DNA of 64,000 nucleotides. Source: Paraspadella gotoi (taxonomy: Eukaryota > Animalia > Chaetognatha). The translations under genes and the position numbers were made by a program. The DNA is taken from assembly GCA_051294375.1 (NCBI GenBank), contig CM119269.1:186001-250000 (forward strand), given 5' to 3'. The notes beneath the pieces were generated by a model. It saw nothing but the letters and a program-made list of their open reading frames with translations, had not been told where the DNA came from and did not search any database. Positions 51,121 to 63,247 of the stretch are shown here, one piece after another; the first letter of the stretch is position 1; each line of letters starts with the position of its first letter.

Positions 51121-52970
51121 GGTTAAGCCCAAAGGACTCTGCGCCGCGCGAGTGTTGAGCCCGATGGGCGGTTGGCGACCAGAAAGAAGTTTGACAATCG
51201 GGAAATTGTTCTGTCATCTCAATGAAGATTGGAATAGCGGGGGAGAAGGAGAAAGGGAAAGGAGAAGGAATAGAAGAGGAAGAAAAGGAGTGGGGGAGGA
51301 AGGGCAGGGAGGAGGAAAAGGAGTGGGAAGGCAGGGAGGAGGAAAAAAAATAATATAAAGAAGAGGAAGGGGGGAGAAAAAAAAATCAAAACTCGGAATA
51401 ATGAAATTGTTAGACCCGATTGATTTTCGATGGACGATTGGAAGAAAATAGTCAAATGGTTTTAGTCAATCAATCAATCGATCGATTTAATCTCCAATTT
51501 ATACTTTCGTTAGGAAAAAAACAACTGGTAAGGGCAGCCAACGGGAGAGAATTCTGGCTGAATCTTAATGAAGGCAATAAAATGAGCCATTACTCCACCC
51601 TTTTATCGATGATAAAATTCGTCGGCGGGTTTTTCCCAACTCGACATTGGAAACGGGACACCCCGCCTGAGTTTGCCGGAAGAAATATTTTAATCAAAGC
51701 AAATTTTTTAAAAAATATTGAGAAAGAAAATATAGTTTATTTTTGTTTAAAACTCATAAGTTTTATTTCTGAGACGGATTTGTTCTGACTCTTTTTTCAA
51801 ATCTTTTTTAGCGCTATGTGAATTTAAACAAAAATTTTTTTATTATAATTAGAATGGAATTGCCGAACCATGATTGGTAGAGACAGAACCGGAATGGACC
51901 AATCAGCGTACCGGAACGATGGTACTGTCAAAATCACTTTTGCCTCTGATCCTCTCCATTATATATAAATAGACTTAGCTTTCCTTAGTTTCAGTAGCAT
52001 TGATCAAGACTCCTGCGTGTGTCTCACCGTTATCCTTATTCTCAGAATAAATCTCATCCTTGGTTTCAACCCTAGAAATCTATAAGTTTTTCCTTAAATG
52101 TGGTGGCAGCAGTAAGATTCAAACACACGCCTCCGAATAGACTGGTTATATAATAAAGTTATATCTAAAGTACTATAAAGAATTGATATTTTTAGTTTTT
52201 AAAAATATTTTTAAAATATTTGTTTAAATTTATTCTTATAATTTTTTTATATATCTATAAATATGATGACAGTTTTAATCATTTCTTTTCCGAGCTAGTA
52301 AAATGAGGTGGGAGGATTTCTCGCTAAAAAAAAAGAAAAAAAGAAAAAAAGAAAAAAAGAAAAAAAGAAAAAAAGAAAAAAAGAAAAAAAGAAAAAAAGA
52401 AAAAAAGAAAAAAATAAAAAAGGAAAAAAGGAAAAAAGGAAAAAAGGAAAAAAAGAAAAAAAAAGAAAAGAAGAAAAGAAAATAAGAAAAGAATAAAAAA
52501 AGAAAGAAAAAAAGAAAGAAAGAGGTAAAAATCAGGAAAGACAAAAACGATGAGAAAAAGGCGAAGAATAAAACAAGAAAAACGACGAAGATGAAAACTA
52601 AATGACAACAAATATATTTTTATGTTTGTTATAAAAAGCTCATTACAGAATAAAGAGAAGCTAAAATTTGGATTTTATCTTCTGAATTTATACCAAAATT
52701 TAGCTTTTATAATCTCATGCGGGATTTTCGGTCTTAGTATCAAATTCCTGGTTTGAAGTGAAAATTGATTTTCTTTTTTTGTCTTTCATTTTATTAAACA
52801 ATTTTTTGTTTGTTTTCGTGTTCATCTTTTTTTATTTAATATAATCTTTTCATTTTCTAATTACAAACTAAGAACTTTTGCCGAGTGATGCCAGAGTCGA
52901 TCGGTGTTTCACCGGTTGGCATTAGAGTCTTCGGAACCTCAATTTTGGTTTCTTACCACTGACTCAGTGA
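51121..52970. repeat. Second haplotype or overlap copy of 46460-51120, lacking the 2.75-kb insertion
   Basis: Colinear; both copies end in cttaccact(a)gactcagtga. Confidence 0.9.
51841..52153 (+). mobile_element. LTR-like segment followed by an extended tRNA-Leu primer-binding sequence (also at 49915-50240)
   Basis: CCAAT (51899), TATATAAATA (51960) and AATAAA (52046), then TGGTGGCAGCAGTAAGATTCAAACACACGCCTCCGAATAGACTGGT at 52101-52146, about 40/46 identical to the reverse complement of a CCA-tailed metazoan tRNA-Leu (sequence recalled, not searched). Confidence 0.65.
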
Positions 52971-53498
52971 GTCTGTAACTCTTATAATCCTACCGTCTCG
53001 CTTTACTAATTGGCCGGAGGCCGCTGGGATTGAATGTCGTTAGTAACGTAGCGGCTTTTTCAAATCTCCGATACAAACTGTTAAAACGTGAGAATCACCA
53101 GCAAGAAAAGAAAAAGCATCTGGGAAAATATTGCATGTTTTAAGTTATTATGCAACAAATATTTAAATTTATTACAACATCATAAATTTTTGACATATGA
53201 ATTATCATACAAACTTTCCCTTGTTAAATAAAGCCAAATTTAAGGTTTAAAGTAAAATATTCTTCTTCTATAGAAGGACTTAATAATTAGTATGAATGAA
53301 ATAAAATCATAAACATTTCATTTTTATTTATGTTAAAAACGATTTTAGAACAAATTTGCCAGCTTTTATAGTCTACCTACAAAGATATTTTAACCATACA
53401 TGAAATTTTAAAATACATAAGAAATAAATTGATGAACAAAATCAAAGAAAAACATGAATTTATACTTTATACTTTATACTTTAACATGAATTTATACT

Positions 53499-56400
53499 TT
53501 AACAATCGCGGAAGAGAAGACATCTCTCTTTTCTGTCCACCGAATATTCTGTTCGATTGATGTAGTCTTCTCCATACTCGTGTCTTAACAGCAGATGGGG
53601 TAAACGAGGAGCGCGAAAGGGAGAAGAGCAGATAGAGACGTTTAATGTGGGAAAGACGTCGCTGTGTGTGGGGGGGAGAGGGAGAGAGAGAAGAGGATGA
53701 AAAGGGGGAGAGAAGGAACAGAGGGAAGAGGGTGGAGAGGGAGAAAGAGAAGAGGAAAGAGAGAGGAAGAGAGGGAGGAGGAGAGGGAGAGAGAGAGGAG
53801 GATGAAATGAGAGGGAGAAAAGGGAGAGAGAAAGAACAGAGGGAAGAGGGTTGAGAGGGAGAGAAAGAGGAGGAGATGGAGAGAAAGAGGAGGAGAAGGA
53901 GAGAGAGAGGAAGAGAGGGAAGAGAAGAGGAAGAGAGAGAGGAGGAGAGGGAGAGAGAGAGAGAAGGATGAAATGAGAGGGAGAAAAGGGGGAGAGAAAG
54001 AACAGAGGGAAGAGGGTTGAGAGGGAGAGAAAGAGGAGGAGATGGAGAGAGAGAGAAGGAGAGAGAGAGGAGAGGGAGAGAGAGAGGAGAGGGAGAGAGA
54101 AAAAAGAAAATAGAGAGATTAATAAGGGAGAAATTAGGAAAGGAAGGAGAGGGGAAATGAGAGAGAAAGAGGAATAAGGAGAAAGTAAAAGAAACGGGAA
54201 AATTATTAGAAAGAGTTGAAAAGGGGGAAAGTGTAAGGTTGAATGGAACGGTTTATGGTAAAAATGGTACAAATGGTAAATGAAAAATGGTAAAAATGGT
54301 AAAAATGGTAAAAATAATAAAAATAATAAAAGTGGTAAAAAAGGTAAAAAGGAAAAATGGTAAAATTGGTTAATGGATAACAAAATTCATCTCGATTTTA
54401 GCAAAGCCCATAGATTAATAAATTAATAAAATAATAAATGAATAAATGAATACATAGATTACTAAATTACTCATAAGTCAAAGGATGATCACTAATTCCA
54501 AGGCTTCCGTTTCGTCTGTCGTGAAAATTGTAAAAGTCGATGTGGATTTTGGTCCAGTTTCTTGTCCAGTCACCGAAATATGGGGAGACTCGATCCCAAA
54601 CGACTGGGATGTGGACTCGGAGTGGGACTTGGTAATTAAGGACAACCTGGGTGGAGGGAGGGGGAGAGAGAGAGAGAGAGATTAGATAGATTAGATAGAT
54701 TAGATAAGGTAGATTAGATAGATAGAGACTTACCCTCATCCCTTCTTCTTTCAACAAATTCGCGACTCTCATATTTTCTTTCTTTGGAATCGCGATGTCC
54801 ACGTCGTGTTCCCAATGTATTAAGGAGCTGAATATAAATGAATTAGAGGAGCGCTGAATGATAATGAATTACAGAGCTAAGTGGATATGAATAAAGGAGC
54901 TGAATGATAATGAATTTAAGAGCTAAGTGGATATGTATAAAAGAGCTGAATGATAATGAATTAAAGAGCTAAGTGGATATGAATAAAAGAGCTGAATGAT
55001 AATGAATTAAGGAGCTAAGTGGATATGAATAAAAGAGCTGAATGATAATGAATTTAAGAGCTAAGTGGATATGAATAAAAGAGCTGAATGATAATGAATT
55101 AAAGAGCTAAGTGGATATGAATAAAAGAGCTGAATGATAATGAATTAAAGAGCTAAGTGGATATGAATAAAATAGCTGAATGATAATGAATTAAGGAGCT
55201 AAGTGTATATGAATAAAAGAGCTGAATGATAATGAATTAAAGAGCTAAGTGGATATGAATAAAGGAGCTGAATGATAATGAATTAAAGAGCTAAGTGGAT
55301 ATGAATAAAGGAGCTGAATGATAATGACATCATTTACACCAGAATCATTAACATTATTATAAGTCAGCGACTCACTTTTGAGTATCCGTCGTGCCGTCCG
55401 GGCCGTTCGCAGCCCTCAGCGCCCCGAGCAACGTTCCAAAGGTCACGTGATACTTGACGTCATTTGTTTCCAAAACATTTTTGATTTTCAACGCGAAGTC
55501 GCAGAGTTGATCTTTTTTGAAGGAGCGAAGGCAGCACCAGCCTGTGGATTGATTGATTGATTTGATTTGATTTGATTTATAGCTTTATAAATTTATTCAT
55601 TGATTTATTTTTAGATTGATTGATTTATCGATTGATTTATTTATACTAGAATATTAGTTTCATAGGTACACATATGTGATATAAATTTATTTATCAATAC
55701 AATGTTTAAATTTTTTTTCTCACTTGAATTGAGATACATAAACCCGAAGCCGAATAAAAATCCTATTTTCACCAAAATGACGACGACGATAATGAAAATC
55801 GATGCTTTAGTTAAAGACGAAGTATTTCGTAAACTGTTGGGGGTTAAGAAAGAAAGAAAATGTATAAAAATGATAAAATAATGGTCATTGTATGTGTTGA
55901 CAAGCATTGACATTGACAAGCATCACGAATCTTCTGTGATTAAGAACAAGCTATGGTGGACTAAAATCCTCCAACAGTTCATCAGCGGCAATTGGTGCCG
56001 GAGGCAAGACATTCGCCACCCAACCCAAAGGTTCGGGGTTCTAGCCCGGTGGTCGCCTAGCAGTTAAGAGGGACGGGGCGCTTAACCCTCCTGTAACACG
56101 GTGTTACAGCCTGATCCGAAGCTCAGGGACTGCTTATATTGAACGGTTCTGTCACTAACACAACAATAATCGCCGTCTCTTCAAAGCGATTATTATAGAG
56201 CTTCAGGTAAAATTGTATTTACTGCAGTCAGGTAAGGGGTGAGTCTCTCTTCTTTTCCTTCTTTTTTTTTTAACCTAATGTCCATCTTTTTTAGAAATTT
56301 GACTTACCAACGTTTACTCTGTCGAAAGCATCCCGTCGTCATAGCAACCGCATAGAGACAGATCGTCGGCGTCCAAATTGTTCCGACGGCAAAAATTAAG

Positions 56401-56996
56401 GAATGATTTTCCGCATGAGCGTCCTAAAGAAATTTGGGCATGACTTTTAACCTGGATTAAGGCCCTACTTTAAGCCAAACCTTGTGCCAAACCTTAAGCC
56501 CAACCTTAAGCCCAAACCTTAACCGTTAGCCCGACCTTAACTCTGTAATTAAATTTTAAAAAAAACCTTAAATCAAACTTTAAGCTTAAAGTTTAATATA
56601 ATTTCACATTTTACAATAAAAAAAATTCTAACCCCATCTCTCGCCACCTTTTAACCAACACTTACCAAAAATACAACAAACGGAAATTATTTAAATTACA
56701 TTATTTACAACACGTAAAAAACCTGACTTTAACCATAAACCCAAAGACCGAGACTGTAAGGATCCCTGACAAATATCACTCACCTTTTGCCACTTGAGCA
56801 ACAGTTTCAATTCTGCCCAGAGGAAGAAGACGAGGAGACAGAACTTGGCGAGGAAGATGACGAAGAGACGAGAGAGGGAGAAGGAGAGGGAAGAGGAAGA
56901 GAGAGAGGAAGTGAGAGAGGAAGTGAGAAAGGAAGTGAGAAAGGAAGTGAGGGAGGCGAGTGGTTGAGGCAGAGAGGCACAATTTGAAGGTTTCAT
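53499..56996 (-). CDS. LicD/fukutin-family nucleotidyltransferase-fold phosphotransferase, 7 coding exons, 345 aa, 3 N-terminal hydrophobic segments
   Basis: Exons 56996-56784, 56423-56308, 55833-55724, 55541-55376, 54827-54734, 54646-54471 and 53661-53499. All introns are GT-AG, phases are 0/2/1/2/0/2, and the total is 1038 nt with no internal stop. LicD motifs: VKYHVTFGTLLGALR, LIHWEHDVDIAI (DxD), HIDFY, DVFPT and APRLPHLLLRHEYGEDY. Confidence 0.9.
54828..55327. repeat. Intronic minisatellite, 46-bp unit (two related 23-bp halves), ~10 copies
   Basis: GAGCTGAATGATAATGAATTAAA + GAGCTAAGTGGATATGAATAAAA; unit starts at 54897, 54943 and onward. Confidence 0.95.
55952..56183 (+). mobile_element. 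Solo LTR of the tRNA-carrying TRIM, in intron 2 of the LicD gene
   Basis: AAGC|TATGGTGGAC...TCTCTTCA|AAGC (4-bp TSD); closely similar to 19575-19809 with scattered substitutions. Confidence 0.82.
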
Positions 56997-57689
56997 TATT
57001 ATTTTTCATAAAAATATTGTTGGACGAAATAAATGTAGTTGAACGCGAAAAAAAGTTGTTTTTGGAACTAAAATTAAAAACAAATTAAACACTAAAACTA
57101 AAAAAAAGGGAGTAAGTTTAGTGGCGACTGAGAATAGAAATTGTAAAGTAAATATTGTTAGTTGTAAGGACATCGCATGCACAGGTTATTTAATATTTAA
57201 ATAGAGGATCTTTGTGTTAAGTACAAGTGCATTTATTTTTTGCCAATATTTCAATTCACATAGCGGAATCATTTTTCTCGGCAGTTCAATTACAAATGAT
57301 TGAGATGAAAAATAATTATTTTTCAAACGAGAGAGAGTGAGTGAATGAAAGAGCTAAGAGATGAGCTAATTTCGGAGAAAAGCTCTGACTTTTTTACCGT
57401 CAATCCCAACCACCGATTTTGACCCAAAGAAAGACTCTATAGAAACATATGATAAATATTTGACCAGTTTCGAACAAACCTTTGGTGGGGAGGTCGTTTT
57501 AAAGTTGAGGCGGCGGGAAAACAATAAAGGGTCACGTACCTCGTCTCACCCGCTCGCGCTGCCTCCAAGTCGATGAACCAACTGAACGAGACAATTTCAA
57601 ACTCAACTTTAAATTGAATTACCTCTCTTCAACATTAATTAAATTACAAAACGTGAGAGTTTATTGACCAGATTGAGCTTAATCATTTT

Positions 57690-57977
57690 AGTTGCGGCGC
57701 GAGTACTCGCGGAACAACTCTATCCGTCACTTTTCGGTCGGTCGGTCTGTCCCTCGGTCTGTCCCACTTACGATAAAGCTGCTTATAACTCGCCTATAGT
57801 TGGTTGCTCATTTGTTAAGACAAGAAAAAACCTCAAATCTAAATGACAGCTAGCGCCGCCTACAAAAAATTCTAAAACTATAAAGGATAAAAGACGGAAT
57901 TCCGATGCAGTGCGTGTCATCAATACAAGGGCTAAGAAAGTCACTCTGGCGCAACAAATTGGATGGACCGATCTTGT
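57690..57977 (+). mobile_element. Helentron/DINE-1-like element, family 2 (~290 bp); other copies at ~60917-61207 and ~63494-63796
   Basis: TTTT-AGTTGcggCGCGAGTACTCGCGgaaCAACT 5' palindrome, GGTC/CTGTC microsatellite, 3' gcgcaac subterminal IR and CTTGT end; three diverged copies. Confidence 0.65.
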
Positions 57978-58111
57978 CATTTTGAATTTTTTGATTCTTT
58001 GATTTCATACCAATAAATATAATTTAAAAAATTAGAAAAAAGTTTCGTGTAAAACATTTTGCTTCTCTTCCTTTCCATTTTTTTCTATTCTCCTGTCTTG
58101 TCCATCCCCAC

Positions 58112-58145
<34 letters not shown>

Positions 58146-58588
58146 GTCTTCTCTCTCTCTCTCTCGAGATTTCAATGTCCCTTAAACGAGAAAATGTTTC
58201 ATGCCATTTTTCGCTTTTTGCCTTTTAAAGGAAAAAGAAAAAAAAGAAAAGAAAACATTAGCAATACAAAATTAAAAGTTCGGTGGAAAGAGAATACACA
58301 ATTTCCTTGTGTTAAACTTTAAAATAACATGATAGGGAGCGGGTTCTAAAAAAAAAATAAGGCAAGAAATCATTACAATAAAAGTTAAAGATTTTTTACA
58401 TAAAAGTTAAATAACAAAAAACTACTCTGCCATAATAAAATAAATAAGAAACTCTCTCTGGACTAAAAAAAATTAAGTAACGAGATAAATAGGAAAAAAT
58501 AAATAGGAAAAAATAAATAGGAAAAAATATGGGGGTGAAGAAGAAAAAGAAAAGTTTAGAGAAAAGTAAATTAAAAATAGAAACATTT

Positions 58589-58681
58589 AAGTGAAACGAA
58601 ATTTTCGTGAAACAACAATTTAATTTTATTTTGGATAAAAATAAAATTAAATTGTTGTTTCACGAAAATTTCGTTTCACTT
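58589..58681. repeat. Perfect palindrome, 44-bp arms with a 5-nt loop
   Basis: 58589-58632 is the exact reverse complement of 58638-58681; loop GGATA. Confidence 0.92.
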
Positions 58682-59303
58682 GAATCTAAAACAAATAACA
58701 AAAAGAAAGGCTTAACACAATGTCTACTAAAATAGATACAATAATAAATTCATGGAGTACTGAATTACAATATCAAATCTAAATGTTTAATTTACATATT
58801 CTAAATACTTGTGCATATGATTATATTTATGAAAAATTACAAGATTACTTGTTTTACTAAATTGGATTAAATTTAAAAATAAATGTAAAAATTTAATATA
58901 TTTCACTATTATTAGAAGACGTTTGAAAGTTTCTACAACCAATTTTATTGTTGTTCGTTGTAGAAACGTCTTCTAATATTAAATACAGCAACGAAATGAA
59001 AGGATAAGTACGATGTCTGATATATTTCACTATATTTTATATTTAATTATATTCTTTATATAAGTCTATTCTTTTATAATGTAATGGGTAGAGGGATTTT
59101 AGTGTTGTCTTCTGGAAATAGAAGGAGCATCTTTACAACACAAGGTTAAAAGTTATTATTGTTGTTGCGGAACATTTATGTTGCGCACAATCCCTGCCAA
59201 GTTGCTTCGTCTCATCATTTAATTCTTTTTTATGTTTTTGGTTAAAACGAAAAAAAAACTTATTATGAGGAAAAGAAGAATCGATTAAGAGGAATTAGGA
59301 CCG

Positions 59304-59343
<40 letters not shown>

Positions 59344-59514
59344 TCTCTCTCTTTTTTTTTTTGCTATTTCTTCTTTGCTCCTCTCTAATCTGTTTCTGCT
59401 CTCAGTTCTCTGTATGCTCTGGTCTCTGCTCTCTTCTTTTGGTCTTTTGCAGCAGTTTCCCTTTTCTCTCAAGTCTTCCAAAATCCTTCGTCTATCACTT
59501 AAGAATCGTGCTAA

Positions 59515-59554
<40 letters not shown>

Positions 59555-59953
59555 CTTCTCTCTCTTCTCTCTTTTCTCAGAAAAAGAAACCCATCCTTCG
59601 AAAGAAAGACGCTCAGAATCGATTTCAAAAAAAGACGAGAGAGATCTCCCGAAGAGGATGAAAAACGGTGGGCGAAAAACTCTCTCTCTCTCTCGCTCTC
59701 TCTTCTCTCTCTCTCTCTCCTCATCTCCCTCTGCCTCCTCTCTTCTCTTCCTCCCCTCTCCTCTCTATTCTTTCTGCCCCAATAGGAAAAGTGTGGACTT
59801 ACCAGACTTTAAGCATCTCACTCTCTAAATTCTCTCTCTCTCTCTCTTCTCTCTCTCCTCTCTTCTCTTGCCTTTCCTTTTTCTCCGAGATAAAATGGCT
59901 GCAAATTTTTTTTTATCCTTAAGACCCTTCTTTTTCAGAAAGAGAGAGAGAGT

Positions 59954-59989
<36 letters not shown>

Positions 59990-60004
59990 AAGAGAAGAGA
60001 GAGA

Positions 60005-60064
<60 letters not shown>

Positions 60065-62658
60065 ATTAATTTTTTAATTATTATTTATTTTTTATTTAGG
60101 TAAAATATTGCCCGTCTGTCCGTCACTTGATCATCTCTCCATCCCTCTGCCCGTCAGTCCCTACGTCCGTCTGTCGGATCCACGTCGGCCTTTGCTCCAC
60201 GAATTTTATTTATAGAAAACATTTATAGACATTTAATTTCAAAGGAAAAGAAGAAGGATAATCGATTAAGCGAATCTTTTCTCGGTAAATTGGGAGAAAT
60301 AAATCGAAGTTATGTATCTTTATTTAAATATTAGAATATATAATATATAATTATATATTCAATGCGCAATCCGTCTTGCGTCTTGAATTTTGGGAGGCGA
60401 TATTCGGTTAATGCCTATTTGCCTATTACCAGATTAAAAATAGCAAGAACCTTCAAACTTTTAATCAAGACTCACTTTATTTAATCAAGTCAATTAAGTT
60501 ATAGATCGGAGAAATCTATGCTTGTTGTCAATAGCCCTGTATTTCTATTTCTCGTTGCTGATAACCCTGTACCATCTGACATCCTTGCAACTGAAAAGAA
60601 ATACGAGTTGTATAAACGATATTGGAAAAAAACCGTGGGAGGGGAGAGAGAAAAACTGAGAGAGAATTATGAGAAAGAATTTTAAATATAGAGATAGAAN
60701 NNNNNNNNNNNNNNNNNNNNNNNNNNNNNNNNNNNNNNNNNNNNNNNNNNNNNNNNNNNNNNNNNNNNNNNNNNNNNNNNNNNNNNNNNNNNNNNNNNNN
60801 NNNNNNNNNNNNNNNNNNNNNNNNNNGTGGTATAAAGTTAGTTAACTAATGGAGCAATCGTTTGAGCAAAAGAGTAACAAAAGATCATCTTCATTTCAAA
60901 ATCTTTCGATCGTCCATCGCGAGTATTCGCCTAGAAACTCTTTTCGGTCGGTCCGTCATAAATGCACATAATTTGCCTATAGTTGGTGGCTCATTTGTTA
61001 AGACGGGAAAAAACCTCAAATCTAAGGGACTGCTAGCCACGCCTTCAGGAATTCCTAAAACTATAAGGAATAAAAGACGGAATTTTGATGCAGTGCATGT
61101 CATAAATACATGGGCGAACAAAGTTTTTTAGTCATGTAATATCATGTCATATCATTTGAACAAAATAAAGTCACTGCGGCGCAACAAATTGAAATTACCG
61201 TTCTTGTTTTATTATCTCTTCCTTTATCTTTCTCACAATTATATTATTTATTGATTTCTTTTCCATTTTACTTCATTCATCCCTCTCCATCATTATATCA
61301 TATTTTTTCCCAGATTTAATTTTAGATTTAATCTTAGATTTAATCTTAGATTTAATTTTAGATTTAATCTCATTTTTCCTGAAGGAAAACAAAGATACAT
61401 GTGGATCGGAAAATCTGCGGTGAAAATTCGCCTTCGTGACTCTATTCTTTATCTATTCTTTATCTATTCTATTTCTATTTCTATTGTTGTTGTTCATTCC
61501 ATTTTTTTTTCTCTCGTTTTTTTCCCTTACTTTTCTTTCGGCCTTTCTTTTCTTCCCCAGCAGAATCAGTAAGAACACTCTCGACGGATAATCTGATGAC
61601 CACTCGATTCAGCCTACTCTTGATTTACAGCGGGTTCCTCAGGGGTCGACCTTGGAACAACCCACAGGCCAGTGGTCACTGCCCACTGCGGCAGGCCACA
61701 GCCAAGTGGGCACACGATTTGGATCTTTGTGAAAGTTTATTTGCTGAGGATCAGGTTTTTCAGCCTCCATAAATTTCTCGGGTTACTTCTTTTCTTCTTT
61801 CGGCTCCTCCTCCTCCTCCTCTTCCTCTTCCTCCCTTTCCTCTTAAAACGCCTATTTTTCTCTCACACTTCTTCCCCGTTCGATCTGTTGATTGGTCGTG
61901 CAATGGCAGTTAATTTCCCCAATTTAATATTTTATAAAAGGATTAAATCGTTGTATCATTATATTCTCGCCTTTTCGCGCTAAACAACTCCATGCTTGTC
62001 TTTTAGCTTGCTTCAAAGCTTTTCCTGCTTTCATGGTTGTCCCTATCTTTTTTCTGCGCCTTTGTTTTGCCGCAGTTATGCTGCTCGGCGACCAATCCGG
62101 CTGCTAACTAAATTTAGTATAACTATCATTGTACTTACTTTGTTTATCAACGAAGGAAAACCTCCTTCTGGTAATGGCGGACCATGATAAAGATGATGAT
62201 GATATGAATGATGATAATGATGGCATTATGGATAACTATGATAATGATTATGACGATTGTGATGATGATGCTCATGTCAGTTGCAGTCAGTTGCAGGTTA
62301 GTGTTCGGGGTTTCATTAATTATTTGGTTTAGGATTAGTGTTAGGAATTAGATGTAGCAATTAAAGTTATTGTCGTCGTCGTCATGGTCGTCCTCGTCTT
62401 CGTCGTCGTCGTCGTCATCGTCGTCATCCCCTAACCACGAATTCCCATAAAGATTATGACCTCCGCAGAGAATCGTGTCTTTGAAAAGAGGGAATTCTGA
62501 CGACGACGATGATAACGACGACGACGACGACGACAACGATAACGACGACGATAACGACGATTATACTCTTTTCTACTGATTATAACCACAATAACAATTA
62601 TAACGATGATTAAAAATAAAGGTTTTTGAATGATTATAATGATGATGTTAATATTGAT

Positions 62659-62722
<64 letters not shown>

Positions 62723-63139
62723 AATGATGATCGATCTGGATGACAATTGTGCTGATAAAATTGTGAATAAAATGACTCGATAAAAATGTCGACGACGACG
62801 ACGACGACGACGAAAAGGAAGAAAGACTAAGAAGATGATGACGAAGAATAAACTATTAAATCAAACGAACGTGATAATCATAAAATTTCCTTCAAAACGA
62901 CAACAGAATTGACTCGGATAATCGAAGCGAGCGGAAATGGCGAAAGGGGCGGCGGCGGCTGGTGCGGCGGCTGCTGCGGTGGCGGCGGCGGTGGCGGTGG
63001 CGGTGGCGGCGGCGGCGGCGGCGGCGGAGGTGACGGCCGCCGCTCCGAGATCAGATTTCTCGGAAAAGAGAAAAAGAAAGGAAATCAAAGGAAGAGATCA
63101 TTTTGTTTCCATTCACAGACGAAAATGGCCCATCATGGT

Positions 63140-63247
<108 letters not shown>

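Noticed and set aside
55984-56058. Functional tRNA gene
   Set aside because: D and anticodon arms pair poorly and the B box is TTCTAG; it is part of a repeated LTR.
56308-56996. XK-related scramblase N-terminus
   Set aside because: Downstream in-phase exons carry clear LicD motifs.
61593-61620. Hammerhead ribozyme core (CTGATGA)
   Set aside because: No stem II followed by GAAA, and no stem III.
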